Shown: piece by piece, positions 27,654 through 37,451 of the stretch | Layout of the letters: each line of letters begins with the position of its first letter | Position numbering within the stretch: the stretch's first letter is position 1 | Assembly (NCBI GenBank): GCA_963835535.1 | Contig: CAWIFL010000013.1 | Coordinates: forward strand, 3,046-67,045 | Source of the DNA: an uncultured Gemmatimonadales bacterium | GTDB lineage: Bacteria; Gemmatimonadota; Gemmatimonadetes; Gemmatimonadales; JACORV01 | Reading direction: 5' to 3' | DNA length: 64,000 nucleotides | Made by a program: the position numbers and the translations under genes | Notes under the pieces: generated by a model | The model's database searches: none | Seen by the model: the letters and a program-made list of their open reading frames with translations, nothing else | What the model was told of the DNA's origin: nothing

Positions 27654-29116
27654 TGCGCCGCGCCCTCGTCTGCGCCTGCGCCGCCGCCCTGGCCTCCTGC
27701 ACCTCCACGCTGCCGCCGGGCACGACCTCGTTCACCTTGGGCCGCACCACGGTCCGAACGGACTCCACGCTCGACATCACGGGCCTCATCCTGCGACTCG
27801 CCGACTCGACCGACTTCCCCACGGTCGGTCCGCTGCCGCGCTGGAAGCTCGCGCTCGGCACCGAGCTGGGCGATTCCGCGTTCACTCTGGCCGAGGCGCT
27901 CGGCCCGACCCCCGTGGGGCCGGTGCTCGCGACCTGGGCCGCTCCCACGGCCCCCGACACCGTCTGCGGCTGGCTCGCCGCAGGCGTGCGGCGCTGCTTC
28001 GGCGGCGACGCCCGGCAGAAGCGCGCGCTCGACGCCTTCCTCGGCGCTGCGGCGGCCTTCGTGCCGCGTGCCGCGCCGCTGGCGCTCGAGGGGCTGAGCG
28101 CCTCTTCCCGGCGCCGGGACCTCTCCGACGTCTATACCGCCCTGGCCGACGGGCGCCCGCTCGACAGCATCATCGCCGCATACACCGGCTTCCACGACCA
28201 GAGCTACGACGTGATGCTGGCACGCACGTTCTGGCCCCGGTACGAGCCGCCGGTGGACGTCGCGCGGTGGTCGCCGGCGCAGGGGAACCACGTCTTCCTC
28301 GCGCCCGATCCGACCTTCCCCGACCGCGCGTACCGCTCGCCGGGCTACGTCTGGCTGACGCTCGGCCACCAGATGGCCCACTTCGCGGTGCACCGGCTGT
28401 TCGCCGAGCACCCGGAGCTGCTCGAGCGCACGCTGAAGCTCCGCGCCACGGTCGAAGGGGACATGGCCCGGACCGGCTACGCGCCGGTGTTCTGGGACGA
28501 GGAGCTGGGGGAGCAGCTGGCGCGAGCCATCACCGTGCGGGCGCTGCAGAACGCGCGGCCGACGCTCACCTGGGCCGCCCGCACCGAGGCGCTGAGCCTC
28601 AACATGGCGCTGGTGCCGTGGCTCGAGGACGCGCTGGAGCGCTACGAGAAGGACCGCGCCCGCTACCCGACGCTGTCCGCCTTCGCCGGCGAGCTGGCCG
28701 CCGCGCTCGACGCCGTGCCGATGGATTCGTGCCGCGCCGCGCCGAGCCCCGGCGTCGCGCTGGTCGGCGTCGCCCGGGACCGCGCCGTCGTGGGGTGGGT
28801 CGCGGACGATTCGCCCTTCCGCGCGCGCGGTCTGGTCGCCGGGGACACGGTCCTCACCATCGACGGCGACAGCGTCTCGGCGGGCGACCTCCTCACGCCC
28901 ACGCGGCAGCTCTACCTCACCTTCGCGCAGCACCTCCCGGCCGAGCTGGCGGCGCTGAACGTCAAGCGCGGCTCGGCCGTGTACAGCGTGGAGGTCCCGA
29001 TCGGCTGGGTGAGCCGGGCCACGGCGCGCGTCGCCTCCCAGGCTCGGACGGTGAACCAGCGCGTGGGCGGCGAGTGGCCGATCTGCACCTGGGTGCGCCG
29101 GGCGGTGCGACCGTAG
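27653..29116 (+). CDS. lipoprotein of unknown function with C-terminal PDZ-like domain
   Basis: Tail of ORF 26678..29116(+) from MRRALVCACAAALASCTS (lipobox LASC). The C-terminus (GLVAGDTVLTIDGDSV) is PDZ-like. A possible metallopeptidase-like HQMAH is present. ATG 27653 overlaps the purH TGA by 1 nt. Confidence 0.7.
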   Translation: MRRALVCACAAALASCTSTLPPGTTSFTLGRTTVRTDSTLDITGLILRLADSTDFPTVGPLPRWKLALGTELGDSAFTLAEALGPTPVGPVLATWAAPTAPDTVCGWLAAGVRRCFGGDARQKRALDAFLGAAAAFVPRAAPLALEGLSASSRRRDLSDVYTALADGRPLDSIIAAYTGFHDQSYDVMLARTFWPRYEPPVDVARWSPAQGNHVFLAPDPTFPDRAYRSPGYVWLTLGHQMAHFAVHRLFAEHPELLERTLKLRATVEGDMARTGYAPVFWDEELGEQLARAITVRALQNARPTLTWAARTEALSLNMALVPWLEDALERYEKDRARYPTLSAFAGELAAALDAVPMDSCRAAPSPGVALVGVARDRAVVGWVADDSPFRARGLVAGDTVLTIDGDSVSAGDLLTPTRQLYLTFAQHLPAELAALNVKRGSAVYSVEVPIGWVSRATARVASQARTVNQRVGGEWPICTWVRRAVRP

Positions 29117-29180
29117 CGGTCTGGCGCTCCGGGTATTGGCGACTTATTCTGTCGGCCTCCCCCACAACCCGGAGCGACCC

Positions 29181-29453
29181 ATGAATCGCAGAGACGCGAG
29201 CCGGTGGCTTGGTACCCTGCCCCTCCTGATGGCGACCGGAGGGCTCGGCGCGGCGAAGCTCGTGGCGCAGCCGCCTCAGCAATTCCCGAGGATTCAGGCG
29301 GCGATCACGTCGCTTAACGACGCGATCGATTTTCTGGACAAGGCGCCGAACGACTTCGGCGGTCACAAGGCTGCGGCCATCGCGGCCTGCCGGGCAGCGG
29401 TGCGGCAGCTTCAGCTGGCGATGAACTACCGGCGGAGCGGCGGCGGGGCCTGA
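29181..29453 (+). CDS. small secreted protein, unknown function
   Basis: ORF 29136..29453(+). GGAG (29171-74) precedes ATG 29181. MNRRDASRWLGTLPLLMATGGLGAAKLVAQ looks like a signal peptide (possibly Tat-like RR). The mature part is ~60 aa and helical-looking. Confidence 0.55.
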   Translation: MNRRDASRWLGTLPLLMATGGLGAAKLVAQPPQQFPRIQAAITSLNDAIDFLDKAPNDFGGHKAAAIAACRAAVRQLQLAMNYRRSGGGA

Positions 29454-29479
29454 GTCTTACGCAGCGAGACAAATGAAAA

Positions 29480-29512
29480 GGCGCCCGCTCGTCCATCCGA
29501 CGAGCGGGCGCC
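29480..29512 (+). terminator. strong hairpin terminator (potentially bidirectional)
   Basis: Perfect 14-bp stem GGCGCCCGCTCGTC (29480-93) / GACGAGCGGGCGCC (29499-512) with loop catcc. It is followed by GTGTTGT on the plus strand and preceded by AAATGAAAA (a T-run on the minus strand). Confidence 0.6.
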
Positions 29513-29554
29513 GTGTTGTCCGGGGACCTGTGGAGCGCGTACTTTAGCGTGTTC

Positions 29555-29638
29555 GGAGGGGTAGACCTAACTGGTAAGGCAGCGGTCTTGAAAACCGCCG
29601 GGCGCAAGCCCTTGGGGGTTCGAATCCCCCTCCCTCCG
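29555..29638 (+). tRNA. tRNA-Ser (anticodon UGA)
   Basis: Hand-folded. Acceptor GGAGGGG/TCCCTCC plus discriminator G. Anticodon stem GCGGT/ACCGC with loop CTTGAAA (U33, UGA). Long variable arm (CGGGCGCAAGCCCTTG). T-arm GGGGG-TTCGAAT-CCCCC. No encoded CCA. The D-stem has one mismatch. Confidence 0.85.
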
Positions 29639-29696
29639 CTTCCGCTGTATCGCAACAAGTCAGGCTTGCTCGCATCCTGTCGGCCGGGCTACCTCC

Positions 29697-30152
29697 TCAC
29701 TGGATCGACACGGCGTAGTCGAGCGTGTCGTCGGCTTGCGAAACCTCGTTCCAGCCGATGATCCGAATCGTACCTGACCCGGCTTGCGCGAAGACCACCG
29801 CAGCCGAATGCGCGAACTGGTAGGACTTGCCCCCGCAAGTGTGATGTGCCGGCAATTTGACGATCACCGAATCAAAAGGCTCGACAACCGCCAGCGCCCC
29901 GGAGACCGTCGAATTGGTGTAGGCAGGCGTCACGCAGCCGTCGCCGAACGTATAGACCGTGACGCCTGCCGGCTGACCCGCGACCACCACGGACGGCACG
30001 CCCACTATCGGTCCGGCCGCGCTCGTCACGATCGTGCCAGGTTCCACGGCCCAACCGAATTCCTCCGGATTGTGGCACGCCAGCAGCCACAGGGCCGCCG
30101 CCGGCAACAGGGACAGCAGCGCACCTCGACGCGCGCGGGCACTGAATCGCAT
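29697..30152 (-). CDS. hypothetical lipoprotein
   Basis: Tail of ORF 29697..30344(-). GGAGG lies ~10 nt upstream of ATG 30152. N-terminus: MRFSARARRGALLSLLPAAALWLLAC (lipobox LLAC). The mature domain is beta-rich. Confidence 0.7.
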   Translation of the reverse strand: MRFSARARRGALLSLLPAAALWLLACHNPEEFGWAVEPGTIVTSAAGPIVGVPSVVVAGQPAGVTVYTFGDGCVTPAYTNSTVSGALAVVEPFDSVIVKLPAHHTCGGKSYQFAHSAAVVFAQAGSGTIRIIGWNEVSQADDTLDYAVSIQ

Positions 30153-30282
30153 AGCCACCTCCCAAAGCCTAGCGCGGCGGTCACCCGCCCGCCGCCCATC
30201 TGCAAGCCGTTGAAGCAGCGGTCCCGATCCTTCCGGCGCGCTTTTCGCAGCGAAAGGAAGGCGACCCTCACGGGAGCCCGTC

Positions 30283-30972
30283 GTGCCACCACTCCGTTCA
30301 GCCGCGTTGCGCCCCCTCCTCGCGGCCGCCGTTCTCGTCCTCACGGGAACCGCCGCCCGCGCCCAGGGGCCTACCGGAACAATCCGCCTCCCCGAGCCGC
30401 ACCGTCAAGGCGCAATGTCGCTGGAGGCGGCGCTCGCCGCACGCCACTCGACCCGGGCGCTCACGCGGGACTCCGTGGACCTGGCCGACGTGGCGCAGCT
30501 GCTCTGGGCCGCGCAGGGCATCAACCGTCCCGACGGGCACCGGACCGCGCCCGCGGCCGGCGGGATCTACGCGCTCGAGCTCTACGTCGTGGCCGCGCGC
30601 GTCCGCGGCCTCCCGGCGGGCGTCTATCACTACCGCCAGGCCGGGCATCTCCTCGAGACGGTCTCCGCCGGCGACCGGCTGCAGGCGATCACCGACTCCG
30701 CGACGCACCAGGCGTGGCAGGCCGACGCCGCGGTCGCGGTGATCTTCGCGGGCGACTACCAGCGGCTCGGCGCGCGCTTCCGCGACCGGGCGGAGCGCTA
30801 CGTGCCGATGGAAATCGGCTTCGCCGCGCAGAACCTCTACCTCGAGGTCGCCGCGCTCGGCCTCGGCACGACGTTCGCCGGCTCGTTCCAGGACAGCACG
30901 ATGGCGCGCCTCGTCGGCCTGCCGGCGGGCCAGACACCGCTCGGCATCATGCCGGTCGGGCATCCGCGCTGA
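30283..30972 (+). CDS. SagB/ThcOx-type nitroreductase-family protein with N-terminal signal peptide
   Basis: ORF 30283..30972(+), GTG start. Signal-like N-terminus: MPPLRSAALRPLLAAAVLVLTGTAARAQG. Nitroreductase-like blocks: RHSTRAL, LLWAAQG, GGIYALELY, PMEIGFAAQNLYL. Confidence 0.75.
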   Translation: MPPLRSAALRPLLAAAVLVLTGTAARAQGPTGTIRLPEPHRQGAMSLEAALAARHSTRALTRDSVDLADVAQLLWAAQGINRPDGHRTAPAAGGIYALELYVVAARVRGLPAGVYHYRQAGHLLETVSAGDRLQAITDSATHQAWQADAAVAVIFAGDYQRLGARFRDRAERYVPMEIGFAAQNLYLEVAALGLGTTFAGSFQDSTMARLVGLPAGQTPLGIMPVGHPR

Positions 30973-31102
30973 CGGCGGTGCGGATCTTGCGACGCCCCCA
31001 GGTGTCTCGCGCGGCGACGTCATGGCTCCTGGGCTGCAGGCGCTGAACGGCCGATTCCCTCCGAATGCCCCCATCCCCGGGCGGGGGCTGCCGCAACCTG
31101 AG

Positions 31103-31645
31103 ATGCTGCAAATCCCGACACGGCAGGTCCGCCTTGTGCGGGCCTGTGGCGCCTTCGCGACGTCGCTGCTCGCGGCCGGTATGCTGGCCCTGGGCCCCGC
31201 CGCCGTGATCGGACGGTTCGGCGCCGGCGGCCCGGTGGTCATCGCGCCGGAAGCCGCCACGACTCGCTTCCTCCGGGTCGCCGCCTCCGCGCGCGAGCCG
31301 TTCGTGCGTTGGCTGTTGGACCGCCCGTCCAAAGACGTCCGCGCCCGGAGCACGGTGGTGGTCGCGGGTGCCACCGGCTCTCCCCGCGGCAGGGATGACG
31401 CGGTGGTGATGCCGTGCCGCGCACCCGGACTCGGGAGCGGCGCCGCAGCCTGCTTCCCGAGTCGGGAGCTGCGGATGCGCTCGGGAGCCAGTGAGATCCT
31501 CGCGCTCTCGCGGCGGCCCCGGCCTCCGCCCGCTCCGGGCATCCGGACCGCACACCCATTCGCAGCGTTGATCGCGTTCAATCCGGCTTCGTCGCCGCCT
31601 CATCGGTGGCGCGGGCCGGTTTTTTCGTTGTCCCCTCGAGTCTGA
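31103..31645 (+). CDS. possible hypothetical membrane-anchored protein (weak call)
   Basis: Part of ORF 31022..31645(+) from MLQIPTRQVRLVRACGAFATSLLAAGMLALGPAAVIG. GC3 looks coding-like for roughly the first 130 codons and then decays. I recognise no homology. The 3' end overlaps a terminator-like hairpin. Confidence 0.3.
   Translation: MLQIPTRQVRLVRACGAFATSLLAAGMLALGPAAVIGRFGAGGPVVIAPEAATTRFLRVAASAREPFVRWLLDRPSKDVRARSTVVVAGATGSPRGRDDAVVMPCRAPGLGSGAAACFPSRELRMRSGASEILALSRRPRPPPAPGIRTAHPFAALIAFNPASSPPHRWRGPVFSLSPRV
31583..31625 (+). terminator. terminator/attenuator-like hairpin immediately upstream of amt
   Basis: Nested stem CCGGC (31583-87)..CGCCGCC (31593-99), loop tcatc, GGTGGCG (31605-11)..GCCGG (31615-19), followed by TTTTTT (31620-25). 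The amt SD AAGGAG is at 31646-51. Confidence 0.5.
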
Positions 31646-31660
31646 AAGGAGATGCGCGGG

Positions 31661-32902
31661 ATGCTCCATCTCGACACGGGCAACACGGGGTTCATGCTCC
31701 TCTGCTCCAGCCTCGTGATGCTGATGACGCCGGGCCTGGCGTTCTTCTATGGCGGCCTGGTGGGCCGGAAGAACGTGCTGGCCATCATGATCCAGAGCTT
31801 CGTCTCGATGGGCTGGACGACGGTGATCTGGTGGGTGTGCGGATTCTCGCTGTGCTTCTCGGGGAACCTCAAGACCGGCACCGACTTCTTCGGCATCCTC
31901 GGGAACCTGGACTGGGCCTTCCTGCGCAACATCACCCTCAGCACGCCCTCGCCCAACGACACGATCCCGATGATCGTGTTCTGCGCGTACCAGATGATGT
32001 TCGCCATCATCACCCCGGCGCTCATCACGGGGGCGTTCGCCAACCGCGTAACCTTCAAAGCGTACATGCTGTTCCTCACCGGCTGGCTGCTGTTCGTCTA
32101 CTGTCCCTTCGTCCACATGATCTGGGGCGGCGGGATCCTGCAGCAGTGGGGCGTGCTCGACTTCGCCGGCGGGATCGTGGTGCACAACATCGCCGGCATG
32201 GCCGCGCTCGCCTCCGTGATCTACATCGGCAAGCGGAAGGTGGCGGACCGCGGTCCCCACTCCATTCCGCTGGTCGCGCTCGGCACCGGCCTCCTCTGGT
32301 TCGGGTGGTACGGCTTCAACGCGGGGAGCGAGTTCCGCGTGGACTCGACCACGGCGGTGGCGTTCCTCAACACCGACGTGGCCGCCTCGTTCGGCGCGGT
32401 CGCGTGGCTGTTCGTGGACTGGCTGTTCGGCAAGAAGCCGCACTTCGTCGGCCTCCTGACCGGGGCCGTGGCGGCGCTCGCCACCATCACGCCCGCCGCG
32501 GGCTACGTCTCCCCCTCGACCGCCGTGCTGATCGGCTGCGTCGCGGGCGTGGTGTGCTACTTCGCGGTGTCGTTGAAGAACCGCATCGGCTGGGACGACG
32601 CGCTCGACGTCTGGGGCGTGCACGGGGTCGGAGGGCTGCTCGGCATAGTCATGCTGGGCCTGCTCGCCACCACCGCCTTCAACCCCAACGGCACCAACGG
32701 CCTGTTCGCGGGCAACGCAGTCTTCTTCGGCAAAGAGATCGCGGCCGTCGCGCTGTCGTCCGTCTGGGCCTTCGCCTTCACCTACGCGATGCTGGCCATC
32801 ATCAACCGGATCACGCCGGTACACGTGTCGAGTTCCGACGAGGAGATCGGGCTCGACGCGTCGCTGCACGGCGAGACGGCGTACCTCGACGCGACGGGGT
32901 GA
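31661..32902 (+). CDS. amt: ammonium transporter (Amt family)
   Basis: ORF 31652..32902(+). Motifs: LVMLMTPGLAFFYGG, DFAGG.VVH, GWYGFNAGS, GVHGVGG. ATG 31661 has better spacing (9 nt) to AAGGAG than ATG 31652 (0 nt). Confidence 0.95.
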   Translation: MLHLDTGNTGFMLLCSSLVMLMTPGLAFFYGGLVGRKNVLAIMIQSFVSMGWTTVIWWVCGFSLCFSGNLKTGTDFFGILGNLDWAFLRNITLSTPSPNDTIPMIVFCAYQMMFAIITPALITGAFANRVTFKAYMLFLTGWLLFVYCPFVHMIWGGGILQQWGVLDFAGGIVVHNIAGMAALASVIYIGKRKVADRGPHSIPLVALGTGLLWFGWYGFNAGSEFRVDSTTAVAFLNTDVAASFGAVAWLFVDWLFGKKPHFVGLLTGAVAALATITPAAGYVSPSTAVLIGCVAGVVCYFAVSLKNRIGWDDALDVWGVHGVGGLLGIVMLGLLATTAFNPNGTNGLFAGNAVFFGKEIAAVALSSVWAFAFTYAMLAIINRITPVHVSSSDEEIGLDASLHGETAYLDATG

Positions 32903-32914
32903 AGGAGTATCGCG

Positions 32915-34032
32915 ATGCGAGTCGTCGCGCATCCTGGCGGCCGGGGTGGCGGCGCTGCTGTCGCCCCGGCTGCTCGCCGCCCAGGCTCCGCCTTCCAATC
33001 CGGAGCCGGGGCACCAGGCCATCGAGTTCCACGGCCTGGTCTCGACCAGCTTCTCCTACAACTTCAACGTGCCCCCGTCGCGCACCAACCAGTTCCGGGT
33101 GTTCGACTACGACGACGACGCTTTCCGCATCGACCTCGTCGAGCTGGTCGTCCAGCGCCCCGTCGCGGCGCCGGGCGACTTCGGCTTCCGGGTGGACTTC
33201 ACCGCCGGCGCGGTATCGCAGAGTCGTGGCCTCGCGCGGCCTGTTCCGCGACTCCACAGGCGAGGGCCAGGACATCGACTTCCATCAGGCGTTCGTCAGC
33301 TTCGTCGCCCCCGTGGGCAGCGGGCTGCGCCTGGACGCCGGCAAGTTCATCACCGGACTGGGCTACGAGGTGATCGAGGGATACGACGGCTGGAACGACA
33401 ACGCCTCGCACTCCTTCCTCTTCGGCTACGCCATCCCGTACACCCACACCGGCGTCCGGGCGAGCTACGCCTTCTCGCCGGTGGTCTCGACCATGCTGAT
33501 GGTGGCGAACGGATGGGACGACGTCGAGGACAACAACCGGGGCAAGACCGTCCACCTCCAGCTCGCTCTCACGCCGTCGAGCCGCCTGGCAATCACCCTC
33601 AACGGCATCGCCGGGCCCGAGCAGACCAACGACGACGTGCACTACCGCGACGTGCTCGACGCCGAGGCGACGTGGAAGCCGACCGAGCATCTCTCGCTGG
33701 GCGTGAACGGCGACTGGGGCCGCGAGACCGCGGCTGCGCCCGGCGGCCTCATGGCGGTGTGGACGGGCGCCGCGGGTTACCTGCGGCTGTCTCACAAGGA
33801 GGTGTCGCTCAGTCTCCGGGCGGAGCGGTTCGCCGACCGGGATGGTGCGCGCACCGGCACGCCGCAGACGCTTTCGGAGATCACCGTGACGCCGGAGCTT
33901 CGGCTCGGCGCGAGCTGCCTGCTGCGGGGTGATCTGCGGCTGGACACATCGGATCACGCGGTCTTCGAACGGATCAGCGGCACCGCGAAGACCCAGCCGA
34001 CCGTGTCCGTGAACGTGCTCTACCACTTCTGA
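32915..34032 (+). pseudogene. OmpL-like beta-barrel porin (bbp2 type) downstream of amt, reading frame broken twice
   Basis: SD GAAGGAG (32901-07) plus ATG 32915 open frame C. The signal peptide and first strands (..SSRILAAGVAALLSPRLLAAQAPP..IEFHGLVSTSFSYNFN..DFGFRVDFTAGAV) are in the frame of ORF 32946..33932. The rest (..GLFRDSTGEGQDIDFHQAFVSF..GKFITGLGYEVIEG..NVLYHF) is in the frame of ORF 31606..34032. Shifts are near 32921 and 33205-33226. Confidence 0.65.
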
Positions 34033-34055
34033 CCGGCCCACCGGCCGGTGGCGGC

Positions 34056-34618
34056 TTACTCCTCTCGCGAGGATCGCGCCGCGACGACTTCGGCGACGGT
34101 CGGGCCCTTCTCGCTCGACGCGTCGAACTCGATCGCGTCGCCGGCCGCGACGTGGCCTTCCAGCACGACCGACAGGTAGAACCCGGTGCGCCCGGTCTGC
34201 AGGAAGCGCCGCTCGATGTCGGGCCGGTCGATCCGCATCAGGAGCTTATAGCACGGCAGCCGCGGCCGCGTGACCTGGAACGCCGCCGTGCCGATCCGCA
34301 GGCGGTCCCCGATCCGCACGATCTCCTCGCTCAGTCCGAGGGTCGTGAGGTTCTCGCCGAAGCCGCCCCAGCCGAGGTCCGGCATGTCCAGCTCGGCGCG
34401 CCACAGCTCGTAGTGCTCCGAGGGATAGGCGTACACCGCCTTCGCCGCGCCGCCGTGGACCTCGCGCCGTCGGCTTGGCCGTCCCCCTCGAGATTGAGCC
34501 TCCCCACACGCACGGGCCCGGCCACCGGTGCCTTCCAGATGCCGGTACGCACGCGTGTGCCCCGCCACTCCACTTCGCGCGGGAGCCCGACGTTCACCGA
34601 AACGAGGGATGCGCTCAC
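34056..34618 (-). pseudogene. MOSC domain protein (YiiM-like), frameshifted
   Basis: The N-terminus MSASLVSVNVGLPREVEWRGTRVRTGIWKAPVAGPVRVGRLNLEGDGQAD is in ORF 34331..34618(-). The continuation ..VHGGAAKAVYAYPSEHYELW..FGENLTTLGL..IGDRLRIG..FQVTRPRLPCYKL.. is in ORF 34056..34568(-). The junction is near 34462-34472 and is consistent with a 1-nt deletion. Confidence 0.7.
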
Positions 34619-34625
34619 GGATGCC

Positions 34626-35363
34626 TCAGGGCCGCACGGTCTCGAGCCACGTCCGCGCGATCACGCCGTGGCCGGCCACCGTCGGATGCACGCCGTCCGC
34701 CGCCCAGTACGCCGGCGGCGCCTCGCGCGAGAGCCGCTCGAAGAGGCCGTGGAGCGGCACGAAGGTCGCGCCCGCGCGTTCCGCCACGCGTGCGGCGACC
34801 GCGCGGCGCAGATCGAACTCCGGGAACCAGGCCTCCGTCACCGCACCGGTCCGGAGCACGAACGGCTCCAGCACCACGAGCCGCACACCCGGCAGCGCCT
34901 GCCTGGTGCGGTCGAGGAGCGCGCCGTAGCCCGACTCGTACTGCTCCACCGTTCCCGTGTAGCTCCCGTTCAGCTTGTGCCAGATGTCGTTCACGCCGAT
35001 GAGGATGCTGAGGATGTCCGGCCTGAGGTCGAGCGCATCGGTCTGCCAGCGCGCGTCGAGGTCCGGCACGGTGTTGCCGCTCACGCCCCGATTGAAGATC
35101 TGGAGATTCGCTGCCGGGTCGCGCAGCAGCTCGGACGCAATCAGCAGCGGATAGCCGGTGCCGAGGGCGGCGGCCCGGTTCGGCTCGGCTACCGTGCGGT
35201 CGCGCCCGCAGTCGGTGATCGAGTCACCCTGGAACAGGATCACCGAGCCCGCGGCCGGGCCGTGCGCCAGCGGCGCAAGCTGCGGCCAGAATGCCAGGCC
35301 CATCGCGCCCCCCGTGGTCACCACGAATTCGCGCCGCGACACGTCGCCCGCGTGGTGCGCCAT
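34626..35363 (-). CDS. SGNH/GDSL hydrolase family protein with Tat-like signal
   Basis: ORF 34626..35399(-). GGGAGGAG lies 5 nt upstream of ATG 35363. N-terminus: MAHHAGDVSRREFVVTTGGAMGLAFWP. Catalytic blocks: FQGDSITD, NRGVSGN, LIGVND, DGVHP. Confidence 0.8.
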   Translation of the reverse strand: MAHHAGDVSRREFVVTTGGAMGLAFWPQLAPLAHGPAAGSVILFQGDSITDCGRDRTVAEPNRAAALGTGYPLLIASELLRDPAANLQIFNRGVSGNTVPDLDARWQTDALDLRPDILSILIGVNDIWHKLNGSYTGTVEQYESGYGALLDRTRQALPGVRLVVLEPFVLRTGAVTEAWFPEFDLRRAVAARVAERAGATFVPLHGLFERLSREAPPAYWAADGVHPTVAGHGVIARTWLETVRP

Positions 35364-35571
35364 CGCTACTCCTCCCGGTACCGGTCCGTACAAGACCACA
35401 TCATGACGTGCCGGCCCGCAAGGGGGCGTCCCGGAGAATCCCGAGTCCGGCGCTTGGCGCCGCGCGGTGGTCGCCGGAACCGGCGGGGATCGTGCGAACG
35501 GCGCGAAGAATGGCCGCGGCGACCGGGCAGCTTCCTCCGGCGCCCCCGCGCAGCGATATTCCCTGCCGCCC

Positions 35572-35662
35572 GGAGAGGTGGCCGAGAGGCTGAAGGCGGC
35601 GGTTTGCTAAACCGTTTAACGGGCTAATACCTGTTACGAGGGTTCGAATCCCTCCCTCTCCG
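35572..35662 (+). tRNA. tRNA-Ser (anticodon GCU)
   Basis: Hand-folded. Acceptor GGAGAGG/CCTCTCC plus G. D-arm GTGGCCGAGAGGCTGAAGGC. Anticodon stem GCGGT/ACCGT with loop TTGCTAA. Long variable arm. T-arm GAGGG-TTCGAAT-CCCTC. Confidence 0.9.
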
Positions 35663-35665
35663 CTT

Positions 35666-35735
35666 GTGATCCGCGTCCGCTTCGCTCCATCCCCTACCGG
35701 CACCCTGAAGGCCGGCGGGGCCCCGAGGAAGGCCA

Positions 35736-35743
<8 letters not shown>
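35666..35743 (+). pseudogene. 25-codon relic of a gltX 5' end (or gltX-derived uORF) between tRNA-Ser and glnS
   Basis: GTG 35666 begins 4 nt after the tRNA. It encodes [25 protein letters not shown]. The first 12 residues are identical to the intact gltX start at 37448 ([20 protein letters not shown]). About 46/57 nt are identical, and most differences are synonymous. Its TGA (35741-43) overlaps the glnS ATG (35736). Confidence 0.5.

Positions 35744-37447
<1,704 letters not shown>

Positions 37448-37451
<4 letters not shown>

Noticed and set aside
29555-29638. Possible tRNA-Sec (selC), given selA 8 kb away and the long variable arm.
   Set aside because: The anticodon loop reads CTTGAAA, so the anticodon is UGA (Ser), not UCA. 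The acceptor and T stems are the ordinary 7/5 bp rather than 8/5 or 9/4.
29314-29761. ORFs 29314..29658(-), 29513..29761(+), 35401..35736(-) and 35624..35851(-).
   Set aside because: They are read straight through the two tRNA-Ser genes and the strong terminator hairpin. No protein-like features are present.
31023-31038. Sigma54 promoter TGGCTC-N5-CTGCA for amt.
   Set aside because: The GG/GC spacing is correct, but two consensus positions are off. It lies about 620 nt from amt, overlaps the start of a track ORF, and no enhancer-binding-protein sites were recognised. It is kept only as a remark in the amt-leader finding.
29639-35571. Classical integrase-borne genomic island or prophage at the tRNA-Ser genes.
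   Set aside because: There is no integrase, transposase or phage gene, and no direct repeat of a tRNA 3' end. Only indirect signs are present (pseudogenes, spacing).
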